Assembly (NCBI RefSeq): GCF_036321535.1
Contig: NC_087436.1
Coordinates: forward strand, 110,424,001-110,488,000
DNA length: 64,000 nt
Reading direction: 5' to 3'
DNA from: Camelus dromedarius
Taxonomy: Eukaryota
Part shown: positions 1 through 12,419 of the stretch, in pieces
How the letters are laid out: the number at the start of each line of letters is the position of its first letter
How positions within the stretch are numbered: position 1 is the stretch's first letter
Position numbers and translations under genes: made by a program
The notes under the pieces: generated by a model
What the model saw: only the letters and a program-made list of their open reading frames with translations
Databases searched by the model: none
What the model was told of the DNA's origin: nothing

Positions 1-54
1 CTCTGCTAGGCGTCTCACATGGCTGTGATATCTCCACAATCATGCTGTGAGCAG

Positions 55-200
55 ACATTATCCTCATTTTAATCATTTAATAAATGAGGAAACTGAGCTA
101 AGAGAGACTAGATAATTTAGTCAAAGACACATAACTTGTAATTGTAGCGAAGTAATTTAAACTCAGGCAATGTGGAATCCACATTTTTAATATCTGTGCT
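55..200 (-). mobile_element. MIR SINE fragment
   Basis: AATGAGGAAACTGAG...GACACATAACTTGTAA...TTTAAACTCAGGC matches the MIR core in reverse orientation. Confidence 0.75.
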
Positions 201-386
201 AAAATACATTCTAAAAGGCGCTGAGCCTTTCCCTTAGAAACAGGTGCTGCTGTCTGGAATTCTCATTACTGGCTCTAAACAGTTGGGGTCATAGACTAAT
301 CTAGAAAAGCCTCCTGTGTGGAGAGGCATACCAAGATGGTGACAGTTTTATTTGCTTCCCTCAACAGAGGCTTTGAAAAAGTTCCA

Positions 387-612
387 CAATGTGGTTCTCC
401 TCAGTCTGCCTTATGATTAAATACACTTGGAAACTGCTGACTTAAACCAAGCTACACATATTCTGTTGGTTTGCTTTTGTTTGCTTGTGGGAATTGCCAT
501 AACCCAGATACTCTAAAGAGCTTGTGAATCTGGAAGCAGAGACCTCGTGTATAATATTCCCTAAATGTGTTTGTCCAAGGAGCAACTCTAACCCACACTT
601 TCGAAAATCTCT
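387..612. mobile_element. Ancient hAT-Charlie-type non-autonomous DNA transposon (subfamily unassigned)
   Basis: Shares blocks with 24430-24720 (AATACACTTGGAAACTGCTGACTTAAACCAAG; CTAAAGAGCTTGTGAATCT); Charlie-like ends. Confidence 0.45.
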
Positions 613-1109
613 CTTAACATCTTCCTAAATTAATGTTCTGTATTTCTTTCATTTTAAAAGTTAACATAGAAAATTTAGAAAATGAGCTACCAGAATGACT
701 CTCATTCATCATTTTCCACAATCCTGAAGACTGATACAGGACAATGAAGTTGGACAAGAGCGAAGGAGGAGAAAAAAGGTATGAAACAAAAGGTACAGTA
801 GGTGAGAGGAAATTATAAAATTCTGTCCAATGTTGCACCCAGCACGTCTCAGGCAAAGGAGAGGCAGGTACAGTCAGATAAACGAATGAGGAGGCGATCA
901 AATAAGTGGAGGGGTGGGAAGGAGGAAGACCCAACGCCTACAGAAGTGGGTCTAATGGTATTTAATGCATTGCACACTGAACTTTTCCTAGGTGTGGTGT
1001 CAGATTACAGTCAATAAATAAAAGTAACTTTACTCAACTGAAGATGAGTATTATCTGTCATATTGGTTTTGCTGGGTCAGAGAGTTAAGACCAGAGCAAG
1101 GTATCCCTT

Positions 1110-1574
1110 TGTTGTGGGTCAAATTGTGCCCTTCAAAAAGGTATGTTGAAGTCTTAACTCCTGATACCTGTGAAGATGACCTTATTTGGAAATAGGGTAT
1201 TTGAAAATATGATCAAGTTAAGATGAGGTCATACTGGATTAGGGTGGGTCCTGATCTAATATGACTGGCATCCTTATAAGAAGCAGCAAATTTGGATACA
1301 GAGATTTACCAGGAGAAAGCCACGTGATGATGGAGGCAGAGATTGGAGTGATGAGTTTACAAATCAGAGAACTCCAAGGATTGCCAGCAACCACTAGAAG
1401 CCAGGAAGTAGCCAGGAGGTAGCAAGGAAGTATCCTTCCCTTGAGCCTTCAGAGAGAGCGTGGCTCTGCTAACGCCTTGATTTTGGACTTTTGGCCTCCA
1501 GAAGTGTAATTTGTGTTGTTTTAAGCCACCAAGTTAGGAGTACTCTGTTTTGGAAGTCCTAGCACCCTATGACA
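1110..1574 (+). mobile_element. MLT1C-like MaLR solo LTR
   Basis: TGTTGTGGG...GACCTTATTTGGAAATAGGG...AAGATGAGGTCATACTGGATTAGGGTGGG...TTTTAAGCCACC...GACA; 5-bp flanks CCCTT/ACCTT (4/5 TSD). Confidence 0.9.
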
Positions 1575-2109
1575 ACCTTGATTATGAGTGTAGATGTGAA
1601 GAAGATCAGATTTTCAAGGAGCACCACAAATGGTCATGTACAGACTAGAGCTTTGCCTTTTGTGATCATAAGATTGTCATGTCCAGCCATTAAGATTACA
1701 TTCTCTGCACACATAGTGATACAGGCTAAAAGTGAACAAGTAAGTAGCACAACAGCTAAGAGAGCAATTTAACCTCTCTAAAGGAGTTGCCAAAACTCCT
1801 ACTACTTGAAAGCTTACCATGAATGCAAAAAACAGATGAGAATCACTGAGAAGGGTGTCAAGTACAACCATATGGCTGTAAACATTCTGAAACAACAATG
1901 AACAACAGAAGTCAAGTAAGAATTAAGTGCTAAGAAGTGTGACTCTAAGATCTGCAAACGTTCATGGCAAAATGCAGATCAATGACAGAGGGTGTTTTCC
2001 TGGACATATAAAAATGAGGTTGGGGCAGCAAGGTTATTGAGCTCATGCAGTAGGCACCTGCGGGTAGCAGGGAATATTACCATTTTCACTTTTTGTTAAT
2101 CTAGCTTTT

Positions 2110-2492
2110 GTAGGTAGGATTTCCTAGGAAACAGATGTTGAGAGTGAAATTTGCATGGATGAGACTCACTGCTGAGTGCTGTGGGGAACAACATCTGTGA
2201 GGGCTGGAGATGCAGGGCTGGGCTAAGGAAGAAGTTGAACTGCAATGCAGTTGATCTAGGATGACCTTCAACATTAACCTCCCTTGAGAAAAAGGGATCA
2301 GAATCTTTCTACCTCTGCCTCAGTCAACCAAGCATTGGATATGGGCTGCCACAGTGATTGGAATATAGCCTTGGGCTTTTTTTGACTAAAAGCAGTTATC
2401 AAAGAGGGACTTGGGTGAGAGCCAATGGTCACCACCACTCCAAGCAGCTGAAAATGAGTACTTTAATCCAGTAGGCAGCATCTGGGTGGCAC
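2110..2492 (-). mobile_element. LTR16-like ERVL LTR
   Basis: GGGGAACAACATCTGTGAGGG...GAAGAAGTTGAACTGCAATGCAGTT resembles LTR16 in reverse orientation. Confidence 0.6.
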
Positions 2493-2949
2493 TTTTTTCT
2501 TTTCAAACAAAGAGTTTGAGCTTCTTACAAGATGTTACAGGTCACAAAAGAAAGCAATGCAATTAGAAAAAAAATCGATGTCCCAAAATAATGCTAATAT
2601 AAGTATGCCAATTTTTATAGATGTCAATGCAATTGAATAATATGTCACTAATCTTCCTGGTAGCCAGGGTAAAAAGAGAAACAGGATGTGTCATATCCTT
2701 ATTCTTACCAGAGAAGAGGAAGCAAACTGATTCCTTAGAGGAAACAATGCTTTTTAAATAATACTTTATAAAATAAAAATGGCATATAACCTTACAGGGT
2801 AAAACAGAATGATTTTTTAAAAAATGCCTTCAACAGCATCTTTTTTACATTTGTAGAGGAGTCCATCCACCTCATGGTCTTTAGAGGGTTGATGCTAAAT
2901 GACTTTTCCTCTGGGCAAAAACTTCATGGGAGCAGACTCCTGAATGTCT

Positions 2950-3015
2950 TCAGCTCTGCATCTCCAGCACCTGATCCACAGTAGAAATGCAAGTATTTGT
3001 TGAATAAATGAATGA
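2950..3015 (+). mobile_element. L2 3' terminus
   Basis: CCAGCACCTG...AGTATTTGTTGAATAAATGAATGA, typical L2 tail. Confidence 0.6.
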
Positions 3016-3559
3016 GCAACACGATTTCTCTCAGACCGATGAGCAGACAGTCCAAAGGGTGAGAGTGTGTGTGTGTGTATGAGCAAGTGTGGAGTTTCCA
3101 GGGTGACCTCAACACTCATCGGAGTACAGACAAGCAGAAGGCAGAGGAAGGAGGAATAATTTTCCCTGGAACAAAATTAAGGCCTTGAAAAGCAGTCAAA
3201 GAGACTTAGACTTGAGAGGATGAAGAACAGGGAGTCTGTGAGTTTTCTAAGCAGGGCACAAGATAAAAGCATTGTCTGAAATAAATGATCTTGGCAGTGG
3301 AAAAATGAAAAACTAATTTTTCCATCAAACTGTCTCCAACAAAGACTTGTTTAACTTAACATTTTATTTTTAAACCAAATTTAGTCAAACTAGTTGTTCT
3401 TGTGGGCAAAATTAATTTTAGAGGGCTTTCTTTTCTAATTACAAAAAATTTAATTTGCAAATATGAATGCATACAAAAAGAAAACAATTCTACTAAGTTA
3501 TCCCCAGAGGAATTGGTTGCTGACATCTTTCCCACCTTGTTTCTCTGTATATTACAGTT

Positions 3560-4480
3560 GAGCTCAGGCTACAGAGATAATTTTGTTACCTCAATTTTCA
3601 TAAAAATTATAATATGTGTATTTTTCATGTTACTTGAGAACTCTTCAGAAACATGATTTTAATATTTTAACAATTTTAACAATTTGGGAATATTCACTTA
3701 CACGATCATCTACATCTAGTAATGTACCTACATATTTCCCTACTGTTAGATATTTAACTTACCTTACGTACTTTAATTTTTAAATTTTTGTACTTTAATA
3801 ATTAATGCTTCAATAAGCACCAGATGTATAAATCTTTGTGGATACTTCAGATTATTTCCTTAACAAAATATTCCTGGAAGAGGCACTACTAGCTCAGAAA
3901 ACATTAATATTTTGATATATATTTCTAAATTTTTTCCACAAAAGGTTATATCAATTCATACTCTCCACCAACATATAAGTAAACCAGTTCTATACATTCA
4001 TCAGCATGAGATATTTCTATTAAAAAAGCAAAATAGCACTGATTTGACAGACAATAAATTATGTTTTGTCATAGCTTTACTTTAAATTTCTTTCATTACC
4101 AATAAGTTAGAACATTTTACTCAAATATTAGCCTTTTTTTAAAAGTCATCTTCTCTCATTTTCTTGCCACTTAACTCAAGCTTTCAGTAACAATATTTGT
4201 GTTGTCATATAGGTCTTATTTGAGCTTATTGTATAATAAAATGTTAATATATTACACGTTGTGTTTGTCAGATGTATTTATAGAGAGAAAATAATTTCAT
4301 TTTTATTATCAATATATTGATTTTCCTTTTACAATTTCCATTTTTTAAAAAGTTAAAATGCTTTTTCATTACTAGATTTGACAGCAAGTCACTTATTTTT
4401 TATATATGCCTTAAAAATCTAAATTTTAGAGTGTAACTATTCAATCTATGTCAAATTTCTTTTGATGAGTGGGGCAAAAT
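3560..4480 (-). mobile_element. Ancient L1M (L1ME/L1MC-type) 3' region
   Basis: T-rich; ATTATTTCCTTAACAAAATATTCCTGGAAG...TTCCACAAAAGGTTATATCAATTCATACTCTCCACCAACATATAAG is the antisense of the ORF2 end. Confidence 0.7.
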
Positions 4481-5078
4481 GAAATATTAGTCTGGGATCA
4501 TGACTACAAACAAAGTCAGATGTCCCTGTCACCATCCCTGCCAAAGGACAGAGTCCAAGCATCACCCATTCCTTTACTTACTAACCATGAGATAGTAGAT
4601 ATAATTGTTGAAACCTTCATCAGATGTTTTTATCTACCTTTGAAAGAGACTGGGAGACAGTTCTAAGTTTTGACTTTGGAGAGACAAAATTTATATGATG
4701 GGACATTCTCCAAGCATAATATGGGTGTTCAAAAGATGTTGAGTTGGCAAAAATGATAAATATTCCCTACAGAAGAGAGAATAAATTGGCCTTCATTTCA
4801 AATAGCTCAGCAATTGTACCAATATAATTTATTAAGTAATCTTTCATTTCTCCATAGATGTGCTATACGTTCATTATAGCATATTAAATCACGACATGTA
4901 GCAAGGTAGGTTTCTGGGCACGATTTTTAATAGTACTCTGAGCATTTGGGAAGTTTAATATGAGACCTAAGAACCAGTCAAAAGTCATACACACACACAC
5001 ACACACCAGCTCTTTATATATTAAAACAGTGACACTTATTTGTATGTATCTTTCAATTTTAAAGTGTATCTCTATTTC

Positions 5079-5335
5079 AAACACCTCGTTTCACTGCTCT
5101 TCCCTTTATTGTGTTTTATAAATACTATATTTTTTTTTTTTTTTTTTTTTACAGATTGAAAGTTTGTGGCAACCCTGTGTCAAGCAAGTCTACTGATGCC
5201 ATTTTTCCAACAGCATTTCCTGTCTTCATGTCTCTGGGTCGCATTTTGGTAATTCTTGCAATATTGAAAAATTTGCATTATTATTATATTTGTTATGGTG
5301 AGCAGTGATCAGTGATCTTTGATGTTACTATTGTA
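5079..5335 (+). mobile_element. Tigger1 5' end (TcMar DNA transposon), with an expanded T tract
   Basis: TTGAAAGTTTGTGGCAACCCTGTGTCAAGCAAGTCTACTGATGCCATTTTTCCAACAGCAT...GTGATCAGTGATCTTTGATGTTACTATTGTA matches the Tigger1 start. Confidence 0.9.
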
Positions 5336-7371
5336 TGTATTTAGAGTTCCTTAATCCTTAAATAATTAAAGGTAATCATAATACCCAAAGCCCATACTCT
5401 TCACCTTTGATATCAGTGTCAACTCCAGTTTACAAATGATGAAAGAAAACTGTATCTAATTTTGTCGATACAGTGAGTAATACACACAGATGAGAAATTC
5501 TATCAGTTGCCACCTTCCAATGTTGAAGACAATGATGTGTGTGCTTTGGTAATAGCTCTTTCGCCCTAGACAGTTAACATTCACTTAGCACATTCCTCCA
5601 ATTTCCACCAAGATTGTAGAATCAGAATACCAGATGAAATCTTTAGTCCTCAAGAAGTTTACCAAGTATTTTTTTGTAAAGATGTTTTATTGAGTTCTTG
5701 TATCTTAGCATTGAGAGTGTAATAAACCCAACATGTAACTTCCCTTATGGTTTCAATTACAGAAGTTACGGTGGAAAAGAGAATTCAAGGAAGAAATTAA
5801 AGGTTGAACATTCTCTGGGATTCAAATGGGGTGCTAAAAGGCTAGTTTTAATGTGCGAAATTAACAACTACATTGTCTTACCTGTGGAATAAGAACTCCC
5901 ATATATAGCTATGGAACAATATTTCTAATCTATAACACTCCTAAGAAGTATGAGGCACCATCTTATTCAACCCTGAAGAATAAGTATTATTCTCAGCTTT
6001 AAAGATAATGGAAAAGGTGGAGTTTTTTTTTTCCACCCCAGATGCCCATCTTCAAAGCCCATAATTTTCCCACCATTTAAGAGGTCAAAGAGGCATACGT
6101 TTTAGCATCTCCTTGTGTCTCATCTCTTTCCCTATGCCTTTGATACTAACGGTCTACCTTGACCATCGACACGGGAATCAGCCTTCTCTGTGAGATCTTG
6201 GGGGCCAGGAAAGCCAGTGATCCATGACCCTAAATATCACAGTGCTGCAGTACTGAAATTCCACTTTTTATATGAGTTTTAATATTAGACGTGAACATGC
6301 TGGAGACTTAGAGGTTTATTAGAAATATAGGATGTAGCTGGAAAAAATAAAAATATTGGCAAAGATATTCTCAAAAGTCCATCATGTTCCAGAGAGTATT
6401 TCCCAAATTTTATTAATTATACTTCATTATAAAGATAAAAACTAAAAGGCGATAGATATTAGCCCTGGTTGACTGGTAACCAATGTGTGTCACTGGAATG
6501 TATTTATAGATGCTCCAGTTGCTTCATTCCAAACCATAACTCACAGTTCACGTGTACCCATGAGAGCAACACACAGACTAGCAGGTTGGCAGCAGCCAGC
6601 AGGGCAGCCAGCAGGGTTTTCTTCTTTCTGAAAACATCACAGGAATAAATCGGAGAAATTGACATGATATGGAAAATCTTTGACATGCCAGGGGCCATGG
6701 CCTTTTCCTTGCACTACTCACATAACTTCTCCTTCTTTCCTGATTCCCAAGGAGAGCTACACCATACTCAGGCCAAGCAGGCAATGTGGATGATGTTTAT
6801 GAAAGGATACTATGGAAAAGAGATGGAAGAAAGCAAGCTGTAGAAATCTGAAGATGAAGTACAGGAAAGAAAATTTTCTAAAAGAAGATTTGGAGTGTAT
6901 GATTCACTTAATTATTTGACAGCTGTGTCTCAAGACTAAAATATATAATTGGGTGAAGTGACATCATTTTGGGGAATGAATGGGGCATGAAGGGCCATGG
7001 CTTTATAAACACAAAAAGTAAAATTAGCTTCATTACTGCCAAATTAAATATTTATGTATTTTTAGATATAAATTGGGGAAAATGCTAAAATTCCTACAGT
7101 GCCTTTAAATGGTAATTTTTTAAGCACTGACATATCTGCAAGTGTATTACTGTTACTGTTGTTACCTTCACGTGTTGTTGACTGAAACAGAAATTCTGGA
7201 GCTGAATAATGCTTATCTGGCTGTTATTTAATGTGATTGAGTGATTTACCATATTGTATTTTTAAATAGAATGTTTAAAATTTATATTCAAACAAATTTC
7301 TAAATATTTAATATTTTCAAATAAAATTAGTATTCAAATTATCTTTTGAATATTTATAATTTATGTATTTT

Positions 7372-8726
7372 ATTTTTTATTTATTTTTAATGTTTATATA
7401 ATTTTAAAAGTTACTTTCCATCTAGTTATTACAAAATATTGGCTATATTCTTTGTGTTATACAACATATCCTTGAGTTTCTCTTACATCCTGAAGTTTGT
7501 ACCTCGCAATCCCCTCACCCCCCACCGGTAACTACTAATGTGTTCTCTATGTCTTGAGTCTGCTTTTTTTTGTTGTTATATTTACTAATTTGTCGTATTT
7601 TTTAGATTCCACATGTAAGTGATATCATACAATATTTGGCTTTCTCTCTCTGACTTACTTCACTTAAATGGCAAAACTTCATTTTTGTTTTTTTATGGCT
7701 GAGTAATACTCCATTGTATATATATATACACCACATCTTCTTTATCCATTCATCTGTTGATAAACACACAGTATATGACTGGCAAAAAAACAGACACAAA
7801 GATCAATGGAACAAGATAGAGAGCCCAGAAATAAACCCAGACACAATCAGTTAATCTACAACACAGGAATCAAGAATAAACAATGGAGAAAAAACAGCCT
7901 CTTCAATAAATGGTGCTGGGAAAAGTAGACAGCTACATGTAAAAGAATGAAATTAGAACATTCTGTAACACCATATACAAAAATAAACTCAAAATGGATT
8001 AAAGGCCTAAATGTAAGACCAGTTACTGTAAAACTCCTAGAGGAAAACATAGGCAGAACATTCTTTGACGTAAGTAGCAACAATATTTTTATATTTCCAT
8101 TCCCTAAAGCAAAGGAAATAAAAGCAAAAATTTTAAAATGGGACCTATTTAAACTTAAAAGATTTTGCACAGCCAAGGAAACCATCAACAAAATGAAAAG
8201 ACAACCTACTGAATGGGAGAAAATATTTGCATATGATATGACTGAGAAGAGGTTAATATCCAACATATATACAACTACTCATACAACCCAACATCAAAAA
8301 AACAAACAACCCGATTTTAAAAATGGGAAGAACTGAACAGACATCTTTCCAAAGAGGAAATGCAGATGGTCAAAAGGCACATGAAAAGATGCTCAACATC
8401 ACTAATCATCAGAAAAATGCAAATCAAAACCACAATGAGATATCACCTCAAACCTGCCAGAATAGCTGTCATCAAAAAGAACACAAATAACAAATATTGG
8501 TGAGGACATGGAGAAAAGGTAACTCTCATACACTGTTGATGGGAATGTAATTCGGTGCAGCCACTGTGGAAAAATTTTTATCAAAAAACTAGAAATAGAA
8601 CTACTATGATACCTAGCAATTCCACTGCTGAGTATATACCCAAAAGATACAAAAACATTAATTCAAAAAGATACACGCACCCCAATGTTCATAGCAGCAT
8701 TATTTACAATTGCCAAGATATGGAAG
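7372..8726 (-). mobile_element. 5'-truncated, 5'-inverted L1 (3' end on - strand 7372-7767; ORF2 segment on + strand 7768-8726)
   Basis: ORF 7947-8336 ([18 protein letters not shown]...[12 protein letters not shown]) is L1 ORF2; T-rich tail at left; degenerate 15-bp TSD 7357-7371 / 8727-8741. Confidence 0.92.
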
Positions 8727-8882
8727 TAGTTTACATGTTTTAAATATACAATCAGTTTTCCCTGCTTAAAAAAACTTTAAAAATGTTATAAGAATATGAA
8801 TTTAATTATTAATCATTTGCCTGCAGGGCGTCTATACCAATTTGTTTTTAGTGAAACTGGTTTATAAAGGTTACATGTATAT

Positions 8883-9357
8883 TGCCAAAGATTCTCCCCT
8901 TGATCAAACTCTAGTCAGACTCTTCTGAATCTTCTACCCAGCTTGGCCTTGGCTGTTAGGCTTCCTTTGTCTCTGCATTGTCTGATTTCAGCAAGAATCC
9001 TGCTAAGTCAGTTAAGCAGAATCCCCATCCTCAATATCTGATCACCTTTCATATCCAAAAGGATCACTCATTCTCTACCACTCATCAGGTGATGTCTGAT
9101 TACCTTGACCTGGCTTCGACAAGAATCGTGTTAGGTTGGTTTAACGAAAAATCTTCCTTACTCCTGATGTTTCCTGTTAGTAATTCTCCATCCACTAAAC
9201 CTCACCCTGCTCCTTGGCTATAAATTCCCACTTTGCCTTAAATTGCCTAATCTCTAGCCCCTACTGCAAAAACCCCACTGCAGAGGTCTCTATCATGACA
9301 TATCTGAATAAAGTCTACCTTACCATTCTTTAACAAGTGTCATAAATATTTTTAACA
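8883..9357 (+). mobile_element. MER31-like ERV1 solo LTR
   Basis: TGCCAAAGATTCTC...CAAGAATCCTGCTAAGTCAG...ATATCTGATCACC; TATAAA 9219, AATAAA 9307, ends TTTAACA; flanks ATAT/ACAT. Confidence 0.82.
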
Positions 9358-9814
9358 ACATTAACCAGTTAAACGGTTTCAAATTATGGACAGTGACTTC
9401 CTGAATCCAGCTACATGAAGCAATCTCAGCTGATTCACATCTCCTAAACATTAATATTTTGCTTCTACACTTGATTTTGGAAGCCAAATACAATCCAATC
9501 ATTTGTGGATATGATGAATGAAAGTTTATTGGTGGTTAATGTGATACTTCTATCTCAAATAAAGTTTTCAAACTTAGAGCAGTAAGTGCAAGCAACAGAG
9601 TCTGGGAAATAAGCCATCCATTAATACAGGGTGACCTATGAGAATTAAACTATTTTCTTTGAAATTAGAGTTATGATGCAAATTGTAAGTAAGGAGAATT
9701 CCCTGCCAGATCATGAGAATATGTTAGGAATCCAAGTCCCCAAAACATAGAACTTGACCGTTCAGCTGAATTAGAGAGACAGAGCTTCTTTCTCTAGGAA
9801 AATAGCAAATTCAG

Positions 9815-9960
9815 TCACACATTACTAAATGTCCATTAAGTATTTCTGTCAGTCACTGCACTAGGCTGTGAAGATATAGAGGAAGAGGAGGTAACAAAGC
9901 TTTTGCCCTCAAGGATTTATAGTCCAGCAGGGAAAACAAGCAATATGTAATTATAATGGA
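9815..9960 (-). mobile_element. L2 fragment
   Basis: CACTGCACTAGGCTGTGAAGATATAGAG...TTGCCCTCAAGGATTTATAGTCCAGCAGGG. Confidence 0.65.
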
Positions 9961-10376
9961 GTTATATTATGAAAGCATTTCTAGGTCAGAACTAGGTCCA
10001 CTGGACCTTGAAGACTGCATCCTTGACAACAAACCTGTTTTTTCCCACTTACACGTTGCTGCCCAGACTAATTGTATTACAGTCTCATCCAAGCAGGTTA
10101 AATCTCAACAGAAAAATCTAAAGCAACTTGAGAAACTTCACACACTTTACATAGGGAAGCAAAGAAGAATTTTTACACACTTCTACTGTCTGTTTCTACT
10201 TGTCTTCTTTAGCCAGATTTTAAAGAAATACGTATCGAGTATCTAGCATTGTGCTATTCTAGACGATGAAGAGGATAGTAAATGATACGAATGATAGGAA
10301 TTCAAATGTTTTAGAACCACATTTTAAGGACTTACTTTGAGAGAAACAGGTGAAGTAACAGAAGAACAAGAAGTCT

Positions 10377-10783
10377 TGTCAGCCACGGGAGGCTGGAGAG
10401 GGATCCGAGGAGGTGCGTTGCCCCAATTGGAAGAAGGCATGAGGAGCCGACATGGAGCAAAACAGCATTTTCTTGCAGTTCAAGCGGGTGGAAAGCCTGG
10501 CGAACTGGCGGCCCTCAGGTGTATGCACTTGTCCTTTTTATAATGCTAGTGGTGCATGCGTAGTGGTCACGCTACTGGCGCATGCGTGGTGTTCATAATG
10601 CTGACTCACGCTACTGGCGCATGCGTGGTGTTCATAATGCTGACTCACGCTACTGGCGCATGCGTGGTGTTCACAATGCTTACTCACGCTACTAGCGCAT
10701 GCGTACATTTACCTCTTACCAGGTGTAAGCTATTGTGAACTTTGGCTTGCGCCCCATGGCCTACTCACTTAAGGCTGCCGACA
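10377..10783 (-). mobile_element. Young solo LTR of an endogenous retrovirus (family not recognised)
   Basis: TG...CA termini (TGTCAGC / GCCGACA imperfect inverted repeat); perfect 5-bp TSD AGTCT (10372-10376, 10784-10788); minus-strand TATAAAA at 10536-10542; about 20 CpGs retained. Confidence 0.88.
10567..10704. repeat. 39-bp tandem repeat x3.5 inside the LTR U3
   Basis: Unit TCACGCTACTGGCGCATGCGTGGTGTTCATAATGCTGAC starts at 10567, 10606, 10645 and 10684 (partial). Confidence 0.97.
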
Positions 10784-10858
10784 AGTCTGCTTTTGCAGAA
10801 AGAATTTCCGGGGAAAGTATAGAAAAACACAAAAGTGGGTAAGTATTTTGGGAAACAA

Positions 10859-10923
10859 TTTTTTTCTTTTTTTCTTCTTCTCTTTTTTTTCTTTTTTCTT
10901 TTTCTTTTTTTTTTTTTTTTTTT
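10859..10923. repeat. T-rich (TnC) low-complexity tract
   Basis: Seen directly in sequence. Confidence 0.9.
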
Positions 10924-12059
10924 GTTGGTGGAACAAAAAGTGCCACCAAAAATGGGGAGGATGAGGAGGATGTCTTTACAGAGGGACATGCCAGAACTTC
11001 CAGTATGCTGGTGATATTGTAAATTTCAAAGAAGGTGCATAGCATGAAAAGCTGTCCATAAGCATTTGGGTAAAAAAAAAAAATGAATATTAATAAATTA
11101 TCAAGAGTTACAACACTTTGGGATAGTCAAAATCAAGATTAAAAAGTCAAAGTCAAAAATCACGCTAAAAAAAATACCATTAAGTAAAGGCATTTTAGAA
11201 CCAAAAAGATAGACTTACTCCAACTTTCTTCTATTTTGGGGCACAAAATTAAAGCATAAATTCTTTCCTTGACAAAACTTGGAACAAATTCCTTAGCCTG
11301 GGAGATTTTCCCCTGAAACGTGAAAAAATATGTGTTAGCTATTTTTGAGTAGCAGGAATGTAAAAAATGTGTATTTTTGAGAATCGGCGACTTTTTTGTC
11401 CTTGAATAACTCAAAATTTCTTTGTTCTTCTGAATTAAATTTAGCAAGTAATTAGTGCATAATGAGAACCAGTTGGAGCATCAGACTCTATTTAGTTAAA
11501 GTGCATTTAAAAATACATAGGAAGGCAGATAATCTGAACTTTCTTTCTAATGACACTAACCTCATGAATGTTGTTGAAGAACGTCTGATGGGCTCAAAAA
11601 TCTGCTTTGCTGATTTCCAGAAAACCCTTGGGGGTTAATTTGCTCAGCAAGCTTGGTTCAATAATATATCTGAAGCAAATGGGTGCTTTGGATCAAAGAT
11701 CAGCAGCACACAAGTAAAGCAGTGCTCTAAGAGACCCTAGTGAGTTGATTGCACAAACATCAACTCACTTGTTAGTTGATTGGCCATGCTCTGACTGCTG
11801 AGTGGAATGCTGACTCCTACCAGGATCCTGTTCTGGAGGCAAAAGTCTGTCTCCTAAATCCACACAAAACTGGCAAATTATGGGCAGAAATTAATCAGTC
11901 ACAGCAAATGCAAAAGCATGTCAGACACAAGGGCTCAGACTGTTTTAGCTGCTTTGGGTGTGATGGTGAGCAGAGACAAGAAGGAGGAAGACCTGCTTAA
12001 CACCAGTGTAGGAGCATTTTGAGTGATCATTGTAGATTTGGGGTGTTTTATCAGCTGTT

Positions 12060-12395
12060 TTTTCATTTACCACTCAAATTTCAGAAGTCTTCTTAATCTC
12101 TTATGTGAAGTCCAAAGTTTTTGTCACAACTGCTGATTCAAGGAAATCAGGCTTCTACCATCTTGTTCGCTGCACCCTCCTCATTAATGGGGTTGCCAAG
12201 CACATCTGCATAAAGCCATCAGAAAGAGAAGAGCATAAAGAATAAAAGGGGTGATATTTTAATAAGCCAAACCTTGAAGTGATGCACTTCACTTCTTCTC
12301 CCATTAACTAAACACATGGCCACATCTCGCTGCAAGAAAGACTAGAAATCATGGTCTAGAAGTGTGCCCAGAAAGAAGACACTGATGAACACAAT
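12060..12395 (-). mobile_element. Old MaLR LTR (MLT1J/K-like)
   Basis: CACTTCACTTCTTCTCCCATT...CACATGGCCACATCTCGCTGCAAGAAAGACTAGAAA...GTGTGCCCAG. Confidence 0.65.
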
Positions 12396-12419
12396 AGTAG
12401 GGGGAAGCACAAATACTAG

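Noticed and set aside
7947..8336. 129-aa ORF as a gene
   Set aside because: Fragment of L1 ORF2 in a truncated, frameshifted copy.
10567..10704. CRISPR-like array, or the repeat peptide ORF 10556-10738 (HATGACVVFIMLT x3)
   Set aside because: Units are head-to-tail with no unique spacers and lie inside an LTR. The peptide periodicity only reflects a 39-bp unit being divisible by 3.
10338..10767. Alternative LTR boundaries TGAG...CTCA
   Set aside because: Only a 3-bp flanking repeat. The 10377-10783 boundaries give longer inverted termini and an exact 5-bp TSD.
10761..11045. Lys/Arg/Glu-rich ORFs on the - strand
   Set aside because: They are translations of the T-rich simple repeat at 10859-10923.
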